From Octopus sinensis (Eukaryota): a DNA stretch of 64,000 nt. Location: positions 806,001 to 870,000 of the forward strand of contig NC_043001.1 in assembly GCF_006345805.1 (NCBI RefSeq). Direction: 5' to 3'. Below, one piece after another: positions 26,121 to 41,347 of the stretch. Made by a program: the position numbers and the translations under genes. Positions within the stretch are counted from its first letter, which is position 1. Each line of letters opens with the position of its first letter. Under the pieces are notes generated by a model, which was not told the origin of the DNA, searched no databases, and saw only the letters and a list, made by a program, of their open reading frames with translations.

Positions 26121-27418
26121 GAAGTTGTGATTATCCCTAGAGGCCTTCCTGTATCAGGAGGTTCCCATCTCTATCATCTGCCTCCCTCCACTTTTTTTTT
26201 GTTTTTTTTACCTTGGTATGCTATATATATGTCCCTTCTTTTTCAGGGTATACCATGCATACTTTTTTATCATTTCATTATTGTATGTAATCCCCCACCC
26301 CACACTTTATGTCTTTGTATTTTCCCCCTCGTCCTTTGCCCTTGTGGCAAATAAATGAAATCCTCATCCTCATCATCATTATTATTATTGTAATAAGTAG
26401 CAGCAGTAGTTGTTGTAAGACAAGTGGGTTAGTAGAAATAATGAAGAACTTGGCAAAGAAATATTTAAGATTCTTCAATTTTGTTATTTTCTGTACTCAG
26501 TTAGAATCTCACCAGAGTCATCTGATTTGCATCTGTCCAAATATCAGAGAGTACCAGTAATATAAGTGGGGTTGAACAAGCTGACTGTGTAATTATAGTC
26601 ATAAAATACCCCCAGTTCTTGAAGCAGATAACCCCTTACCTTTCTGCAAAACCTTAATTATGATTAACGGTCCTGATGATTTCAAATGTCATGGAAATTG
26701 ACTTTCCATTTTGGAGGTGGGATTAGGGTGGAATGGTAAGATATTTGTCAATTACTGCGGTCGATATAATCTATTGCTCCCTCCCTAAAGTGTGTGGCCT
26801 TTTGCCTATGTTAGAAATCAATATTTACCCTTCTCTTCATCATCATCATCATCATCATCACCACCATTACCACCATCGTCATCAATATTATCATTAATAT
26901 CATCATCACTAACAACATCATAAGTGTTATCATCATAACATTATCAACATCATCATCATTGACATTACTGTGGAAAGAAGGCAAAAGAAAGAGAACTTGG
27001 AAGGAAATTCTTTCCTCTTGAACGTTGTGGATGGGAATGGGGTGGGGAGACTAAATGAAATAAAAATAGAAAATAAAAAAGAGAGGAAAATAGCACCAAA
27101 ACTACCACCACCACCACAAACTCCACCACCACCACCACCACCACCATGATAATCATTCCCATCCTAAACTGGATATTTTACGTGATTCATACCAAATAAA
27201 AATAGTCATGAGAAAAGGATGGATTTTTCTGAAGGTACAGTGGTTGCTCAAGTTTCCTGAACGGTAGGGGGTCAGGGTAGGGGGATGCACCTTTCTTCCT
27301 TCTTTTTTTCCTTCCTTCATTTTTAATCTCTGACACTGTTGCTATTTAGATATCACTAATCTATTTCAAAATACCTAAGGCTTTTATTTGTTATCTTCCA
27401 TGTAATAATAATAATAAT

Positions 27419-27462
<44 letters not shown>

Positions 27463-30276
27463 TAATAATAATAATAATAAACAAAAAACAACCTTGACTA
27501 AGCACACACACACACACGCAACCACAATTACCAAACATGGCTGGAAATACAGAAACCTCCAAACCTAAACATACCCAACCACAGTTACATAACTCAAGCA
27601 ATTTGAACTACGGAGAAACACATACAACCATAACCACACAAACACACAGAACCACAACTACACATGCAGACATATCAGCACACAAATAAACAACTGTGTG
27701 GGTATATATGCACATTGTCTTCTAGCATGTGCACGTGCACACGTGTGTGTGTGTGTGTGAGGTATGAAAGAAACAGCATGAAAAAAACATATTTTCAAAA
27801 TTTCAGTACAAAACAAATTAACGACAAATTTAAAGAAAATAATACAAAAGAGAAAACAAAAAAAGGTTTAAAACTGTTTATCATTGGGATTATAACTAAA
27901 ATATTGATAGAGATGAGGGTAACAGGGGATTAGGGTTAGGGTGTGTGGATTACAATATCTTTGGGTGGTGGCTTTAATATATTACCTGGTTTAATACCAC
28001 AATGGGTGGTGGTCCTGCCATGCTGTAGCTTCCTGAGTCAGTGACATAATCTATATGAGGCTGACCAAGCTGCTAAGACAGAAACCTCAAAGCACACCCT
28101 GATATTACCCCCTTCTACCATCTTAAGAGAAGAAGGCCACATTAGGTAATGTAACATTGGATATGCTTAAGAAAAGAGTCAGGCAAATGGTCATGGCAGG
28201 AATATGTTTGCTCAGCAGCACCTCTGACAACTGGTCATTGGTCGAGTTCACCCAGTTACAAGCATCTGGAGTAGATCACACCCGAATTCCTTTCCTACCC
28301 TCATTTATCTGCCAGATATTAAATTACATTCACCTTACCTGTGTCAGGTGGACTGTGGAGACAGTGGGAGGGCACTGTGCTGTCTTGTGTGTGTGAGAGA
28401 TCGGTTTCAGGGTGTGAGTCAAAGCTAACATGTTGGTCAATGATGTAAAAATTCTCACATTGACTGTGGTAGATGCAGTATGGTAGGACTACCACCTGAA
28501 CGTCTCTCATCAGATGCTCAGGTGGTAGTCCTACATAGGAAACATCCGTGATGAGATGGGTGTGTCCTGTCTGCCGACAAAGCAACTCATGTGGAGATGA
28601 GTCAAACTCTTATTCAATATACTCTAACCAAAAGCACTGAATGCTAATTTCTTTCATCTGTTCACTCATCGGTCTGTGTGTGTGTGTAATCCAAAATTTC
28701 GGATAATACTCCTACCCTACTGACAGACACAACTTTTCCATGACTTATGGTTTTTTTAGTGTGAGAAATCAGATCTTTTTTTTTTGAGTTGTTTCATTCA
28801 TTCGACTCTGGCCATAAAAGGTCATTGCCTCGAGGGGTTTCGTCAAACTAATCAACTCCAATTAAATAAGCATGGCACTTATTCTATTGGTCTCTTTTGC
28901 TGGACAACTAAGTTATGGGGATGAAAGCAAAACAACACCAGCTGCCAGATCACTTACAAGACTTTGGTTAGCCTGAGGCTATAGTAGAAGGTACTTGCTT
29001 CAGGATTGAACCCAGAACTATGTGGTTGGGAAACAAACTTCTTACCATACAGCTGTACCTATCTGTTTATTTATCTATCTGTCTGTCTATATACGGGCAT
29101 ATATTTATTCACACACACACATCATTAAACTGAGATTTTGGTCACTAATTGAGTCTCATGATCTGTGGTGTTTCTAGAATAATTTGAATGATGAATGATG
29201 ATTGCAGACAGTGAAACTTGAGTAAAGACTAAAAATTCACTTTACATAAATCTATAAATAAATGATGGAATGTATTGAGTGCTGGCTTCTTCTTTTATTA
29301 ACAAACTGCATGTGTGTGTATAAATATATATATATATATATATCTGTGTGCGTGTGTGTGTGTGTGTGTGTGTTATATGCATACACTGTTTACCTGAGAA
29401 AGGTAGAACCAGGAAGCATCATCCATGTTTAGATTATCAAGAAATTATTCATAGCTTACGTGCTTATTGACGAGTGTTTTAGTTTTGCATTTGAAAAGAA
29501 TTTTAGCTCAATTCCCGTCCTCCTTCCTCCTCTCTTGATTCTATTGATGGGGTGAAATGATGAAGAATAAACTTATATAGAGCGATAAAAAGACCAAACT
29601 TAAACACTGTGGCAGAGAAATACTAAATGACTGACTTAACATGTGTGGGTGGAGAGTGGTGTGATGGAGGAATTGTTGTCAGATATTTGCAGGGAAAACA
29701 TAATTCTATGTTCAGTTTTGGTGTGGAGTCTGAGGATCTTTCGATTTGTTTATTCTTGTAGTGAATGGTATGATGGGCAAGAAAATGGTGATGGTGCTTT
29801 TGATTTCCCACCATTGAATCACACACACACACACACTGTATGTCTCAGCTTAAAGGTAAGCCATACAAATCTGCAATGTTTACAAATGAAGGAAGTGAAG
29901 AAATCTTTCGAGGATTAACTATGAACAGAGCAACCGAGTAGTAGTAAGAGGAGAATGAGGAGAGAGTTGGTTGTTAGGGTACAAGTGTTAGGGGACACAG
30001 CATTTTGTCTGGCTTATCATAGTTTTAATTAAAACGGATCCACCGAGGACCCTTACACAACACTGGGCTAAACTCTTTACAACAAACACTTTTTACTGTC
30101 CATGTTCTAAGTTCAAATTCCACTGGAGTTGTCTTTAGCACCAATTCTTTAAAGTTAGCAACAAAGAGGGGTGAGGTTTTCCAGGAACCTGCTCAAGACC
30201 CTGCTGATAATATGAACCCATGTTTGATCAACTAAGAAGACAACACAGACTGTATTGATTTAGTTAAATGGCATTT

Positions 30277-30430
30277 CATCATCATCATCATCGTTTAACG
30301 TCCGTTCTCCATGCTAGCATGGGTTGGACGGTTCGACCGGGGATCTGGGAAGCCAGAAGGCTGCACCAGGCTCCAGGCTTGTCTGGCAATGTTTCTACAG
30401 CTGGATGCCCTTCCTAACGCCAACCACTCC
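30277..30430 (-). mobile_element. Young RTE 3'-tail copy
   Basis: (CAT)nCGTTTAACGTCCGTTCTCCATGCTAGCATGGGTTGGACGGTTCGACCGGGG is close to the reverse complement of 62520-62677. Confidence 0.85.
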
Positions 30431-30819
30431 GTTTTCAATATTTATGAGCCAAACCAGGGACCTCTGTGTGAGCATTTGACCTGCTAGAAATAACAATCAA
30501 GTCTCTCTCAAACCATATTGTTTGATCTTAAATGTAGTCCCTGATAAAAAGATAAATGTTTATAACATCAGGCTGTTTGATCAGAGTTAGATTGGGACAA
30601 AATCATATCAATGTTTATTTTATATATTTAAATGCAAATGAGTAACAAAGATGTACAGGTGTCAATTCACTACAGCTGTTTCAAGTGGCATGCATACATA
30701 CATATATACAAAAATACTCTGTTGATGATGTTGTTGAAATTCCAACAAAAGAGCCTTGGATCTGGGTTAGAAATCGACTCTTTCTCTATTGGCAAGAAAT
30801 CTTGAAATAAACTGAATAA

Positions 30820-30864
<45 letters not shown>

Positions 30865-30869
<5 letters not shown>

Positions 30870-31125
30870 CTGGCACTCAGTCAGTTATGAAAGTGGCTGA
30901 GTACTCCACAATCATGTGTACCCTCAATGTAGTTTTCAGGGAGATTCAATATGACTCAGAGTGTGACCTGGCTGACCCTTTGATTAACATGTACAACTTA
31001 TTTTTGCCAGGTGAGTGGACAGGTGCAACATGAAATAAAGTGTCTTGCTTAAGGGTACAGTGAACTACCAGGAATTGATCTCATGATCTTATGATCATGA
31101 GCCAAATATCCTAACCACTGAGTCA
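30865..31125 (-). mobile_element. Older family-A-related tRNA SINE
   Basis: Colinear with 21770-22070. Confidence 0.75.
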
Positions 31126-31448
31126 CATATGTACATATATACCCGGGTGGCTCAATTAGCAGTGGAGAGGTATGTTCCAAATGTGGAGTTGCTAGAATTA
31201 GAGGGGGAAGGAGAAAATTCAGATGGGTTTTGCGTTGGTAAGCAAAGGAAGATTGTAAGGTCCATGTGTATGAACAGCAATGCTATGTGATAGGGAGATG
31301 TAGACCCTAAATGTAAGGGATGTGCTAAGACTAGAGAGGAAGTAAGCGAGTTTGTACTAAGCAGCAAAACAGCCCTGTGATTTATATAAGATGCAGTCAA
31401 ATCCCCCTCCTCCATCATGGAAAAATAGATATATCGATGATGATGATG

Positions 31449-31484
<36 letters not shown>

Positions 31485-31551
31485 CACACACACATACAAT
31501 ATATATGTATATATATATATATACATATGTATATATATATACACACACACA

Positions 31552-31589
<38 letters not shown>

Positions 31590-33438
31590 CACACACACAT
31601 ATGTATGCGTGTGTGTGTACAGTCTTCTTTGTTCCAACATTTTCTTCATACAAAACTCCAGTGTACTCAATACGGAACTATGTTAGAAATATTCAGACTA
31701 TGATCTAATACTCCATTAACAAACAGTTATTTCCTCTCCTATAGAAAGGTTTCTCATGGGACCAACTTTGTTCACACAAAACTGTTCCTTAGGGAATTTC
31801 CTTGGGGATTATGTTTCACTATAAAAGTTAATTAGGGGAAGATTTTAGTCTGGAAGTAACTAATTCATTTTACATACAACTAGAAATCTACAACTGACCA
31901 TCCACCTATCGTCTATTTTTGTACCAAACAAAACCCTTACAGCTCTATTCATATCTCAAAGTGTCTGTCTATTTATTGGGGGGAGGGGCTGGTCCCCTGT
32001 CGCTACCCCCAGACGCATGAACATTGAGCTATCACCTTCTAGCATAATTTTCTTTAAGATACAACAAAATGCAATCTGTAATAGACATGTGTGCATGTGT
32101 CTGTGTGTCTGTGTGTGCATGCATGCACGTGTGTGTGCATGTGTGTGTGTGTGTGTATATATGTGTTAATGTGTATATATGTCAGTGTGTGTGTATATGT
32201 GTGTGTGTATATACTAACACACACACACACACACACTTCAGTTTATATATTTTAGGAGAAAGTCCTTATCATAAGAGAAGAGAATAAGCTTCCTTGTCTC
32301 CAGACTGTCAAGCAATGTAACAGTGACCCTGCTCCCCTGTACGAGCAGAGGAATCCCTTGGAATCCCTTGAGTAAATGCGGGATGGACTGAGTCCAAGGG
32401 TTTAATGAATGGTGTGGAGTGAGTGTATATGTGGTGGTGGGGGTGTGCTAGATCTGTAGGTCGGCTTCAGGAACATTAGGAAACTCAACTAAAAATAAAT
32501 GAATTTCATTGTCAGCTGGTTTCCGTGATACCAGAGGGACTTGGGAATCACAGTTGCACTTTCTCTACATATACACATATGCATCTACATAAATGTATAA
32601 ATGTAAGTATACATATATACATACTTATACACACACACAAACACACACATATAAATACATACACACAAATATATTTAGATAAATACACAGATTGATGAAT
32701 ATATATAAATGTGTGTATATATATATATATATATATGTAGTGTAATATATGGATTCATAGAATCGTGTGACTATCTCAGAAAGCTCCTCTGATGGACTTG
32801 GCTATCAGACACTTAGTAATCGAATACAGGGGAGTATAAAGCAGAGTCCCAGGCAGCAGAAATCCATCTGAAATACCTTGCATTTCAACTATATGGAACT
32901 CTAATACACACACACACACACACACATACATATTTATATTGAGAGAGGGGAACACACATGACAACCTTCTTTTAGCTTCCATCTATCAAATTCACTCATG
33001 GGGTATTGCTCAGTGAAATAAGTTAAAGGCACTTGTTCAGCTTGGATTGAACCTACAGCCATGAGATTTGGCAGTGAATTTCTTTAACTCCACAACTATA
33101 TATGTGTGTGTGTGTGTGTGTGTATATAGGTTTGGGGATATAAATAAGAAATTGAACTTGAAGCATGAATATATATGTTTCTAATAGATAGATAAATAAG
33201 CATATATATGCACACACACACATGAATAGATATGTGTGCGGTTGTGTGTCTATATGTTATATATGTATATATATGTCTATATATATATATACACACATAT
33301 TCCTACATGTATATGTATATCTATCTACCTATATACATTTTGTTGTGTCTGGGGGAGTCATAGTGCCTATATATATGTACACATGTATAATACACACACA
33401 TGTGCCCATGCACTCACACATATATACATATTTATATG

Positions 33439-33484
<46 letters not shown>

Positions 33485-33824
33485 TGAGTATGTATGTGTC
33501 TGTATGTGTGTGTGTGCATTTGTGTCCTTGTTTTGGCATCCCGTGATGAGAGTTGTGAATAAGCGTCATCATTATGCAAGCAGTGTCATTTGTCTCTAAT
33601 ACCCCATGAAAACCATGTCTGGCCATGGGGAAACATCATCTTGCTTGGAAAGAGGAAAGTGTTGGTGAAAGGAAAGTCATCCAGCCACAGAAAGTTCTGA
33701 TGCAAGGAATCCCAAAGCATCCATGGAAAAGAGGAGGTGCAATTATACAGACACATACTCACATACATACATGCATGCACACACACACACAGACACATAC
33801 GAAATATGTATGTATGCATATGTA

Positions 33825-33861
<37 letters not shown>

Positions 33862-34062
33862 CATCACTATCATCATAATCACACACACACACACATCCAT
33901 GTATGGATTAGGTGGCCGAAACTTTGAAGACTGTCAAAGAATACTAAACTTATATGAAAGTTTGGAGTAAGCCTTTAGATTAATGTCAAATTGTTTTTAT
34001 TACAACTGTACATAAAAACAAACATTAATATATATATATATATATATATATATGATATATAT

Positions 34063-34112
<50 letters not shown>

Positions 34113-34214
34113 ATATATGTATACATACATATATATATATATATACACATTCATGCATACATACATACATATATATTATATATATGCAAATTATATAAAT
34201 ATATTTTACACTTT

Positions 34215-34460
34215 TATACCTGGTCAGACTTGGTACCAAAAATTCTGCTCTCAGCATCTAGAGTAGGGACCAAGTGCTGTAACAGCTTTGTTTCAAGACC
34301 CCACATGATTTCCTGACTCTGCTTAACAACCTCAGAGATGTGTGAGGTGTAGATGTGGACGTGCTCAAAGAACATTTAAACAAATGTTTACCTGAGGTAT
34401 TAGACGAACCCACATCGGATCAGGAAACGTAAAGAAGAGCAGCTGTGTCTATCTTGCTAT
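34215..34460 (+). mobile_element. Decayed CR1-clade LINE 3' end
   Basis: Frameshifted translation ...RVGTKCCNSF.F..P..F..L...LRDV.GVDVDVLKEHLNKCLPEVLDEPTSDQET.RRAAVS resembles invertebrate CR1 ORF2 C-termini (recall-based). Confidence 0.6.
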
Positions 34461-35349
34461 TTCATAAGAAACAGTGGAAATGAGAGGACATAGAAGTGAG
34501 TGGGAGGTCACACTTAAGGCCATGCCCCAGCATGGCCATAGCCTCTTGTTGAAACCAGTAAATGTAAAACTAAACAGGTATATAAACATGTATGTCTATC
34601 AATCGAAAAAGGACGAAAGGTCCTTCTGGAACCATGGGCTCATTCAACTGGTTTCCTGGATTCTGTGGTGTATATATTCCCCCTGGATAGGCTGCCTGTC
34701 CTTCACAGGATTACTTATTTTTTAGCCAACTGAGTGAATTGGGGCAGTGTGAGATGAAGTGATTTGCTCAAGAACACAACACAAAGCTCAGACCAGGAAT
34801 TGAAATTGTGATCTTGAAATCTCCACTCTCTCTCTCTGCATATATATATATATATATATAATGATATATGCTTGCATGCACATGCACAAAATCAGTTGTA
34901 CACATATTAGTGTGTGTGTGTGTTTATGTATACAATCATATATACACATGCATATTTAAACATATATATATATAGGTGTGTATGTATGTATGTATATATA
35001 TATACATATGTATGTATATATATATATACATATGTATATATATATATATCTGTATGTATCTGTATATACATATATATATATATACATATGTACATGTATA
35101 TATATATATATATATGTATGAATCTAGATATACATATATATATAAGTATGTATGTATATATATATATATATGTATACACCCACACACATATACACACAAA
35201 TGCATCCAAACATATATATATATAAATATACACACACACATGCACACACGTATATATAGACAGATAGATAGATGGATATATTGTAGGTAGTTATAGTTTA
35301 TCATGTACTGTTGTCACTCAAAATTATCAGTAATTCTACCTTCAAACAC

Positions 35350-35388
<39 letters not shown>

Positions 35389-35747
35389 GAGATGATGACA
35401 ACCACAGCAGAAACGACAATGATTACAATAATAAATACTTGTTGAATCCTTCCGACAATGTGATTGTGTTAAAAGCTTTACCGTCTTTATGGAAACAATC
35501 TGAAAGAGTGAGGACTCTTTAAGTCAGTCTCCACACACTGACAGCAGCTGAATTGTACAGTTCGGGTATTAGTGTGTATAACTGTCTGTCGGTCTTTCTG
35601 TCTGCCTGCCTGCCTGCCCACCCACCTGTCTATCTATCTATCTATCTCTCTCTCTATATATATAATATATATATTATATACATATAAGTATTTATATATA
35701 CATATATAAAATATTATATATATATATATATAGACAGACAGACAGAC

Positions 35748-35791
<44 letters not shown>

Positions 35792-36363
35792 GTATTTATA
35801 TATATCCATGTGTGTGTGTGTAGGTGTGCGCTTTAACAAATGCACCTATCTGTAAGTAGGCAAAAAAAAGAACCTTTCTCGCTCTGTGTCTGTGTGTCTG
35901 TGTGTATATATTTACTCACAGTTTTATTTGCCTCTCTGTGGCTGATCTATTGAGTTTTCTCACATTTCGGTTTTTACATGCGCATATTTATATACATGTA
36001 TCAATGTGTTTATACACACACACACAAACACACATATATGTATGTGTATATGTGTGTATAAATGTCAATTATATAATTATTTGTGTTTATGAGTTAAACT
36101 AAAATTTATCTTTCCTGCAGTTGTGTACATGTTTTGTGTGTGTGTGTGTGTGTGTGTGTACACATGCACTCGTACACATTAAACACATACACATCTATGT
36201 ATGTAAGCACAAGCAGATACATATACCTACATACACACACATGACACGCATGAGCTAATCTGTTTGCCGACGTGTGTGTGTGTGTGCTTTGTTATATCAC
36301 ATTTGTATGGAGTGAAGGTGATAGTTTCCTAATTATATTAAGTCATATAATTTCTCTTCAAGT

Positions 36364-36397
<34 letters not shown>

Positions 36398-36534
36398 AAA
36401 AGCTGACATGTACGCATATTTATGCTCACTCATGCATACAGGCTTTAACTTTCATACTAATGCATGCCAGTAAACACTGTGTACTCATACGCAAATATGT
36501 GTGTGTGTGTGTATGTACACACACACATGCACAC

Positions 36535-36745
36535 ACACACACACAGATATATATTTACACACACACACACACACACACAGATATATATTTACACACACAC
36601 ACTCACACACACACACACACAGATATATATTTACACACACACACACACACACAGATATATATTTACACACACACACTCACACACACACACACACAGATAT
36701 ATATTTACACACACACACACACTCCACACACACACAGATATATAT
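36535..36745. repeat. Higher-order microsatellite: (CA)n-GATATATATTTA unit repeated about 6 times
   Basis: CAGATATATATTTACACAC recurs between CA runs. Confidence 0.9.
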
Positions 36746-37175
36746 ATTTACTTATGCCTTCATTTAAACGCATTCCCTTTATGTAAAGAAATAGACTTGA
36801 ACAACAAATGGTGACTAGAAGCAAAGAATGATAGTCTCAGCCAGCAAAAGAGACAAGGAAAATATGCAAGAGAGACGGATAAGTTGATAGACGGACTGCG
36901 AGGGAGATGGAGAGACAGATGATGGTGATGGCTAGATAGGTATGTGAGTGTTATGTCTATAAAGTGGACAGAAGGATGGCTAAATTGACAGCCAGATGAT
37001 TATAAATTGATAGGTGGACATAGGTAGACAGAGAGACAGAGAGACTAGGGAGATAGATGATAGAGAGGTAGACAAACAGATAGGTAGACAGACTGAGACA
37101 GAGAGAAGGATGGACAGATAGATAGATTGTTAGAGATAGAGACTGAGGCAGAGAGATTGATAGATACATAAGTAG

Positions 37176-37214
<39 letters not shown>

Positions 37215-37598
37215 GAGCGAGAGAGAGAGAGAGATATATAGGAAGGTAGGTAGATAGATACATAGATAGATAGATAAATTGAGAGATAGGTAAATAACAG
37301 ACAGCAAGCTAGGTAGAGGGAAAAGTAGATGTAGAAAGATGGGAAGTAAAGTTATATATCATGTGAGTTAGATAGATAAGTAAATAAATATATATCTATA
37401 TCTATATATAATAGAGAGAAGAAGAAGATGAGAGAGAGAGAGAGATGGGTGGGTGGATGGCTGGGTGGGTGCCCATGCATTTGTTGATGGGTTGATAAAT
37501 TGTCAGAGACGAATGGATGGACAGATAGACAAGAGGATAAACAAATAAACTGATCAGTGGCTGATTAGGTAAATTAATATATGGAGAGATAGAAAGAA

Positions 37599-37635
<37 letters not shown>

Positions 37636-38144
37636 GCTATGGGCAGATGGAGGGGGGTGTTAGACAGACCTACGCGTCAAACAGACAGACAGACAGACAG
37701 ACAGAGAGAGAAAACAGTGGAGTTAACTGGACAGAAAGTTTAAGAGAAGAATAGATGGACCAATAGATCTGTATTTAGATGAATAGTGATAGGGAAATAG
37801 ACAATTTGGCAGTTGGAGGTATTGATATAGAACAGACAGATAGATAAGGAGAGTGACAGACAGAGACAGAAAGATTGATTGATAATGAATTAAATTAGTA
37901 ACTAATCATATTATTCAATACTTAAATATTTTTCATGATACATATTTATTTTTTTATGAACAACTATTACCCCTTCTCTACCTCCACTGGCCATCTCTCC
38001 ACCACCTCTCTCTTTGTAGGAAATAACAGCTGATACAAAAATATCCTAAAACACTAAGTGAAGCATTAAGGAAGAGAGAGAGATATATGAATGGAAAATA
38101 TATATACTAGGCTAGACAGATAGGTAGGTAGGTAGGTAGGTAGG

Positions 38145-38249
<105 letters not shown>

Positions 38250-38898
38250 TGGTAAATATACAGATATAAAGAGAGGGATAGGGTAGGCGTAAGATCCCCT
38301 AAACCATAACAAGTACTCAGTGAATCTGATATAAAGAGAGACTGAAAGAATAAAAGAGTCAAAGTAATGGTAAAAATGGTCTGAAGGTGGAAGGAAGAAA
38401 AAAGATGGTGGGAGTGAGAGAGGAGAATAGACTGTTGCATTTACCAAATTCTTCAAGGAAGGAAGACAGACAGAAAGAAATACTTCAACAAAAAAGAAAT
38501 ATGGAAATGGAACAGAAAACTTCCAGTGAAATGGTTCGTTTTTAGATGAAAACTCACAAAGTTACAAACAGGTATGGACTTACCTTAAATTCTAGTAGAC
38601 AACATTCCAAGAATAAATTTTATTTTTTATTTTAGCCAAACAGTTGGAACCAGTTAGAGTATTTGTAATAAAAGTAGTAGTCTTACTTCTTTGACAAGAT
38701 AACAAAAGTTCATCTTTATAAAAAAATAGAATGCTGCCAAACAAGTGAAATAATAATTTTCTCAAGGTTTTCATGGAATTTTTTTTCTTCTCTTTGCTGT
38801 AGAAATATATAAATATGCGTGCATGTGTGTATATATGTAAGTATATATGCATATACATATATGTGTGTGTATGTGTGTCTATATATATATATGTATTT

Positions 38899-38949
<51 letters not shown>

Positions 38950-39819
38950 TGTATATATATATGATATATATATATGTATATATATATATTGTATATATTT
39001 ACATATATATATTCATCTATGTATATATCGCTGTGTACATGTTATATAAATATATATGCATATTTTATTTGTGTGTGTTTGTATATATATTGGTGGAGAA
39101 CACTATTTTTTGTTATTGATACAAACCAAATATATATTTATGTGTGTATTTGTACCTACATACATATATATATGTGTGTGTATATATATATATGTGTGTG
39201 TGCATGTATATATACACACAAAAAATATATATAATCTTTTTTTTTCAAAGGAGCACTTGTTTCTTCTCAGTGGGTGGGGGGAGGGTAAGAATCCAAATTA
39301 TAGATTTTTGTTTTTAGCAAAACTCCATCTCTATCCCACGTGTGGTGCCTGTATGCTCTACCTGCCATAGACAGGTTATCCAAAGACATCGACAATGGAG
39401 TGGTGAGTTGGCATGCTTGGAAAAACATATGTGGAAAGCGCTTGCTTGCTATCACACGCACACATGCGCTCTCCCTCTCCTTCTCTTTTGTCTCTCACTA
39501 CTCTCTCCCTCTTTCCCCCTCTTCCTTCTACAGTAGGAACTAATCACACACAAGACACTGATCACTGACTGCCTGTGAAGGATGAGGAGGAGGAGGAGGA
39601 AGAAGAGAAGGGAAGAAAGAAAGAGAAAAAAGGGGAGGAGACTGTGAAGTTGAGGGTGAGGTGGGTGGATGGAAAGAGAAGGAAAGCGGGGGATAAGGGG
39701 GAAAAGGAAAGGAGAGAATGAGAGAGGAAATGATGAAGAAAGATGGAAGAGGAGAAGGAGTGGCAGATAGATAGAAAGATAGATAGGTTGAGAGAGAGAC
39801 AGAGAGAAATATAGAACGT

Positions 39820-39858
<39 letters not shown>

Positions 39859-40132
39859 TGCGTGTATATATATATGGAAGATTGAGAGAGAGAAATAAGG
39901 AACAGACTGAAAGATTAATGGGTTGAGAGGAATAAAGAAATAGATAGATGAATAGATTAGTAAATATATATATATATATATATGTATATATTGTATATGT
40001 GTGTGTGTGAGTGTGTATACACACACAGATAGATTAGTCAATATCTATCTATCTTTCTTTCTATCTATTTATACGAATGATAAAGATTAATAGATAGATA
40101 ATTGTAAAGGTAGATAAATTAGTAAATATCTA

Positions 40133-40179
<47 letters not shown>

Positions 40180-40187
40180 ATATATAT

Positions 40188-40290
40188 TGGAGCTTGGTGC
40201 AGCCTCCTGGCTTCCCAGACCCCGGTCGAACCGTCCAACCCATGCTAGCACGGAAAACGGACGTTAAACGATGATGATGATGATGATGAT
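40188..40290 (+). mobile_element. Young short RTE 3'-tail copy
   Basis: TGGAGCTTGGTGCAGCCTCCTGGCTTCCCAGACCCCGGTCGAACCGTCCAACCCATGCTAGCACGGAAAACGGACGTTAAACG(ATG)n is nearly identical to 62577-62677. Confidence 0.9.
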
Positions 40291-41169
40291 ATACAAATAG
40301 ATAGACACACAGACAGACAGATAGATAGATAAATAGATAGATAGATAGATAGACAGAGTGCTAGTTTGTTAGATAAATCAATAGAAAGGTGTGTAAGATA
40401 TATAGACAAAAAGAAGTAGAGAAAGTAAGAGCGAGAGAGGCTGGAATTGGTTAATGCTGAATCTGGGAGTGAATAGAGGAGGAAGCTGAAGCATAAAGTG
40501 TGGCAGCAGCAGCAGCAGCAGCAACGTTAGTAGTAGTAGTAGTAGTAGTAGTTATTGAGATATCAGACTCTATAGCAGCAGTTGTAGTAGTAGTAGTAGC
40601 TGGCAGTAGAGAAAAAGTAGGAAGACTATTTCACGGAGACCACCACCACCACCACCCACCCCCGCCCTCCACCGCTGCCGCCGCCCCCTTACCCCCCCTC
40701 CCATAATCTTAATCAATGTCATCATCCGCATCTATATCAACGTCATCTGTCACCACCACCAACTGTTACCTGTAATCACCCTCACCTTCATCATCACTGC
40801 CACCAACAGCATTGTCATCATGATCATTATTTGTCATTGTAACCAGCATCACCATCATCATCATCATCTAACCAATGAGGGAACCACTATGTGGTTCTTA
40901 AGCCTGCTAGAAATAGCAACTAAATCTCCCTTTAATTATACCCAGCCATCTGAAATAAAGACGGACACATTGAATAATGATATACTAAAAGACAAAAAGG
41001 TCGCAGCTGGAATGTCTTTGATCATAGCATAACTCATTTCGAGCTAGCCTAGGGCTAAACATCATTATCACTGCCCCCCCCTCCCCGCCACTGTCGTTAC
41101 CACAATCATCATCATCATCATTATGAATGAGAAAGTATCTCCAGGGCAGAACTGCTGTTAAACAACACC

Positions 41170-41207
<38 letters not shown>

Positions 41208-41309
41208 CAAACTAATGAAAAAGCTACATGTTAGAAATAGCAGCTAAATCTTCTTTAAATCACAATCTACTCTCTTAGAGAAAAGGTATATTGTATGAAA
41301 GCCTGGGGA

Positions 41310-41347
<38 letters not shown>

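Noticed and set aside
27930-27941. Telomeric (TTAGGG)2
   Set aside because: Two copies only, which is expected by chance in G-rich low-complexity sequence.
28150-28600. Possible APE-endonuclease LINE remnant
   Set aside because: Too degenerate to assign a motif confidently.
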